From contig CAIJXO010000109.1 of NCBI GenBank assembly GCA_903824735.1, positions 1 through 26,334 on the forward strand: a stretch of 26,334 bases of DNA, in the 5' to 3' direction. Both the position numbers and the translations under genes were made by a program. Source of the stretch: an uncultured bacterium. Lineage in GTDB: Bacteria > Patescibacteriota > Minisyncoccia > Phycocordibacterales > GWA1-40-21. The notes beneath the pieces were generated by a model that ran no database searches, had not been told where the DNA came from, and worked only from the letters and a program-made list of their open reading frames with translations. Positions 24,755-26,334 of the stretch are shown piece by piece; within the stretch, counting starts at the first letter, position 1; each line of letters begins with the position of its first letter.

Positions 24755-25204
24755 TTACTTGGTGCGATAGCCGTAGCGGTTCGGAACTGTCTCCGCGTTA
24801 TGCCCGATCTCGAGTACCCCACGCCGATTGACAGTGCTGAAGGTCACACCGCGGACACAAAGCAACTCGTCATCAGTTGAAGGGAAGAGTTCAGGATAGA
24901 ACTCCCACATTTCAACAAAGTTGCAGGTCCGCGGAATCAGCAATGTCAGAATCCAATCGTGTCCTGACCGACTCGACGTCTCGATACCATCAACGAAGGC
25001 TGCCAGAGTAAATGCTCCGCGGTGCTTCTGGTAAGCTGGATCATGGTGCATAGTGGCTGGACAGTAACGACGCTCTCCTCCCTCAACTATCAAATGAAAC
25101 TCACGAAGCGTGACCCCACTACCATTACTGCGATGGAAGAGCGCGGTCATGAGATCGAACTTGTTCGGGCCTTCAACGATGCGGAACTTCTTATTAGTAG
25201 CCAT
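24755..25204 (-). CDS. Hypothetical protein (149 aa)
   Basis: Clean ORF with an SD-like AAAGGTG, an upstream promoter and a downstream terminator; visibly more GC-rich than its neighbours; no recognised catalytic motif. Confidence 0.7.
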   Translation of the reverse strand: MATNKKFRIVEGPNKFDLMTALFHRSNGSGVTLREFHLIVEGGERRYCPATMHHDPAYQKHRGAFTLAAFVDGIETSSRSGHDWILTLLIPRTCNFVEMWEFYPELFPSTDDELLCVRGVTFSTVNRRGVLEIGHNAETVPNRYGYRTK

Positions 25205-25317
25205 ACGGCCACCTTTCTTTGCTAACCAACATGAAGTGTAAATAGATGCACACTTCTTACATCCTTATGTCCCGTTTCCGAGACACGACAAGCACATACA
25301 CGCTTGAATCCATATTC

Positions 25318-25346
25318 AGGCTATCATAAATATATTGTTTTGTCAA
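25318..25346 (-). promoter_or_regulatory. Sigma70-type promoter for the 149-aa gene
   Basis: Minus strand TTGACA, 17 bp, TG-A-TAGCCT. Confidence 0.55.
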
Positions 25347-25505
25347 ACTAGCCAAGGTTAAATCCATACTTCACCCCCCCCTACCACTGTCACATTTGTC
25401 ACTTTTTGATGCGCACGAGGATCGTCGATTTTACTATGTTAAATATGCTAGAATAACATTACAGAGCTTAACCGAGGGAAGTTCGAACTCGACGCTCTCC
25501 GCCAA

Positions 25506-26234
25506 TTGCTCAATAATTTACTCAAAGATCTAAATAAAGCCTCCAACAAGCCGAAAGCCCAGATTCTGGCGCGGTTTTTTAAGACCGGCCCGGGTGAATA
25601 CGGCGAAGGCGATGTGTTCTTGGGAATAACTGTACCCAAACAGCGCGCCATTGCCAAACGGTACGGTGGGCTACCTCTACTAGATGTCCAAAAACTCCTG
25701 CAAAGCAAAATTCATGAGCATCGTCTCGTCGCGCTTATGATTTTGGTGGACAAGTATGAGAACCCTCTCCTTGGTCAAGGAGAGGGTGGTGTTCTGACAC
25801 CGGGTGAGGTTGTATCTTTCTATTTAAAAAACCTAAAACACATCAACAACTGGGATTTAGTCGATTTATCGGCTCCAAATATCGTGGGGGATTACTTGCT
25901 TGATAGACCGAAAACCAAGTTGTATAATTTAGTTAAGTCAAAAAACATCTGGGAGAGACGAGTTTCCGTGTTAGCTACTTATCCTTCCATCCGTCAAAAT
26001 AATTTTACTGATATTCTAAAGCTTTCACGAATTTTACTTTCTGATCAAGAAGATTTGATTCACAAGGCGTGCGGCTGGATGCTCCGAGAAGCCGGGAAGC
26101 GAGATGAAAAAGTTTTACGAAAGTTTCTAGACCAGTTTGTGAAGAAGATGCCGCGGACCATGCTTCGCTACGCGATCGAAAGATTTGACGAAAGTGAAAA
26201 TTCTTGTTTGAAATGCAACTCATGTATAAGATAA
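25506..26234 (+). CDS. AlkD-like DNA alkylation repair glycosylase (HEAT-repeat); C-terminus replaced by IS30 sequence
   Basis: RFFKTG.GEYGEGDVFLGITVP, HEHRLVAL, NNWDLVD, IWERR, DLIHKACGWMLREAGKR and MPRTMLRYAIERF. The start codon (TTG) is uncertain. Confidence 0.88.
   Translation: MLNNLLKDLNKASNKPKAQILARFFKTGPGEYGEGDVFLGITVPKQRAIAKRYGGLPLLDVQKLLQSKIHEHRLVALMILVDKYENPLLGQGEGGVLTPGEVVSFYLKNLKHINNWDLVDLSAPNIVGDYLLDRPKTKLYNLVKSKNIWERRVSVLATYPSIRQNNFTDILKLSRILLSDQEDLIHKACGWMLREAGKRDEKVLRKFLDQFVKKMPRTMLRYAIERFDESENSCLKCNSCIR
25762..25810. repeat. Palindromic repeat inserted in-frame in the AlkD-like gene
   Basis: ACCCTCTCCTT-GGTC-AAGGAGAGGGT (11-bp IR), then GGTGT-TCTG-ACACC and GGGTGAGGT; encodes PLLGQGEGGVLTPGEV. 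Confidence 0.75.
26195..26221 (+). mobile_element. IS30-family left terminal inverted repeat (IRL)
   Basis: TGAAAATTCTTGTTTGAAATGCAACTC, 21/27 identical to the reverse complement of 92-118. Confidence 0.8.
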
Positions 26235-26238
26235 ATAT

Positions 26239-26334
26239 ATGAGAAAAACATTTAAGCATTTGGACTTTCACGCTCGAGACCGCCTTGAGGGTTTGTGGCG
26301 TGCTGGACATAGACAGACAGAGATTGCCAAGATA
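26239..26334 (+). mobile_element. IS30-family transposase, N-terminal fragment (runs off the window)
   Basis: MRKTFKHLDFHARDRLEGLWRAGHRQTEIAKI matches the IS30 N-terminal HTH (KHL...R..IE....G....EIAK.L). ATG lies 17 nt after the IRL. Not in the ORF track. Confidence 0.82.

Noticed and set aside
25268-25285. c-di-GMP-I riboswitch (GAAA tetraloop followed by GGGAC on the sense strand)
   Set aside because: It lacks the other conserved elements (GCAAA/tetraloop-receptor context, P1); only a superficial resemblance.
119-26194. Composite transposon carrying the whole region
   Set aside because: The cargo includes core genes (secG, rnj, tRNA, pgsA-like) and no shared target duplication was seen; a contig break at IS copies is more parsimonious.
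26005-26310. 101-aa minus-strand ORF
   Set aside because: Antisense to alkD and the IS30 transposase; no independent support.

Overview
An AT-rich bacterial chromosomal segment. Its gene content and style (type IV pilin family, secG-SBP-rnj cluster, lemA-htpX, few Shine-Dalgarno sites) suggest Patescibacteria/CPR, probably Parcubacteria-like; this is an inference. Both ends carry IS30-family sequence that the ORF track missed: a transposase C-terminus plus right inverted repeat at 3-118, and a left inverted repeat plus transposase N-terminus at 26195-26334. Between them lie tlyA, a type IV pilus locus (major pilin, pilB, pilC, minor pilins, a ~1450-aa adhesin, PilX-like, PilM), an MFS transporter, rnj, a family-5 solute-binding protein, secG, lemA-htpX-pgsA-like genes, two exported proteins and a HelD-like helicase. 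A variable region follows, with an XRE-Panacea/putative toxin pair, tRNA-Ser(GGA), a GIY-YIG nuclease, an orphan gene and an AlkD-like gene. The most striking observation is an apparently split minor pilin. A 69-aa ORF encodes only the N-terminal pilin helix, and the missing globular half appears at the C-terminus of the adjacent giant adhesin, which has its own signal peptide. Other highlights are a PilM fused to a PilN-like INLL+TM stub, a palindromic repeat inserted in-frame in alkD, a stand-alone 19-codon transcription unit, and many apparently leaderless promoters. Family assignments come from motif recognition, not database searches.
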